A stretch of 25,479 bases of DNA, taken from the NCBI GenBank assembly GCA_013416795.1, contig RQSC01000854.1, positions 1 to 25,479 on the forward strand. Reading direction: 5' to 3'. The stretch's first letter is position 1; each line of letters opens with the position of its first letter. Below are positions 25,371 through 25,479 of this stretch, one piece after another. Under the pieces are notes generated by a model. The model searched no databases. It saw nothing but the letters and a program-made list of their open reading frames with translations, and was not told where the DNA came from. The translations under genes and the position numbers were made by a program. Origin of the DNA: Prasinococcaceae sp. CCMP 1430. Taxonomy: Eukaryota; Plantae; Prasinodermophyta.

Positions 25371-25479
25371 CTCTCGCGCGCGTGCGTGTGTGCGTGTGTG
25401 CGCCCCGGCAGCGCACGCGCCGTGCACGCGTGGGGAGCCACAGTGCGCGCGGCGAGCGCGGCGCCGTGGCGCCGCGCCG

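Noticed and set aside
1-25479. rRNA, tRNA, transposase, integrase or viral genes
   Set aside because: No recognisable motifs or cloverleaf-like sequences were seen. Small ncRNAs in introns cannot be excluded without a covariance-model search.

Overview
This is a gene-dense, very GC-rich eukaryotic nuclear window. It is most likely from a green alga: seven GT-AG spliceosomal introns of 122-225 nt carry CTGAC/CTAAC branch points, TGTAA poly(A)-type signals follow four stop codons, and one gene looks plastid-targeted. The taxon is an inference. About 17 genes or gene fragments are supported, in order: a signal-peptide gene start running off the left edge, a hypothetical protein, an RGG plus Q/P-rich fragment after an N gap, a SOUL heme-binding protein, an LRRC49-like fragment, a GT31 glycosyltransferase, an intronless AnmK-family kinase, a C2H2 plus ankyrin protein, a TMX/PDI-like thioredoxin, an orphan, CTNNBL1, a tandem GST-N/glutaredoxin protein, an N-myristoylated C2-like plus Nir/RdgB-type LNS2 (HAD) protein, a diacylglycerol kinase, L-2-hydroxyglutarate dehydrogenase, a possible AsmA/TamB-like protein and a GT8 glycosyltransferase. 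Four observations stand out. (1) A bacterial peptidoglycan-recycling-type kinase (AnmK) is embedded among intron-containing eukaryotic genes. (2) A DAG kinase sits head-to-head with an LNS2 protein that keeps an intact DxDGT phosphatase motif, a candidate co-regulated DAG/PA switch. (3) The LRRC49-like and SOUL sequences meet abruptly with no gap, truncating both genes. (4) Ten consecutive genes alternate strand strictly, and the palindromic motifs TACWGTA and TACCATC-n-GATGGTA recur in non-coding DNA. No rRNA, tRNA, CRISPR array or mobile element was seen. Family calls come from motif recognition only; no database searches were run.
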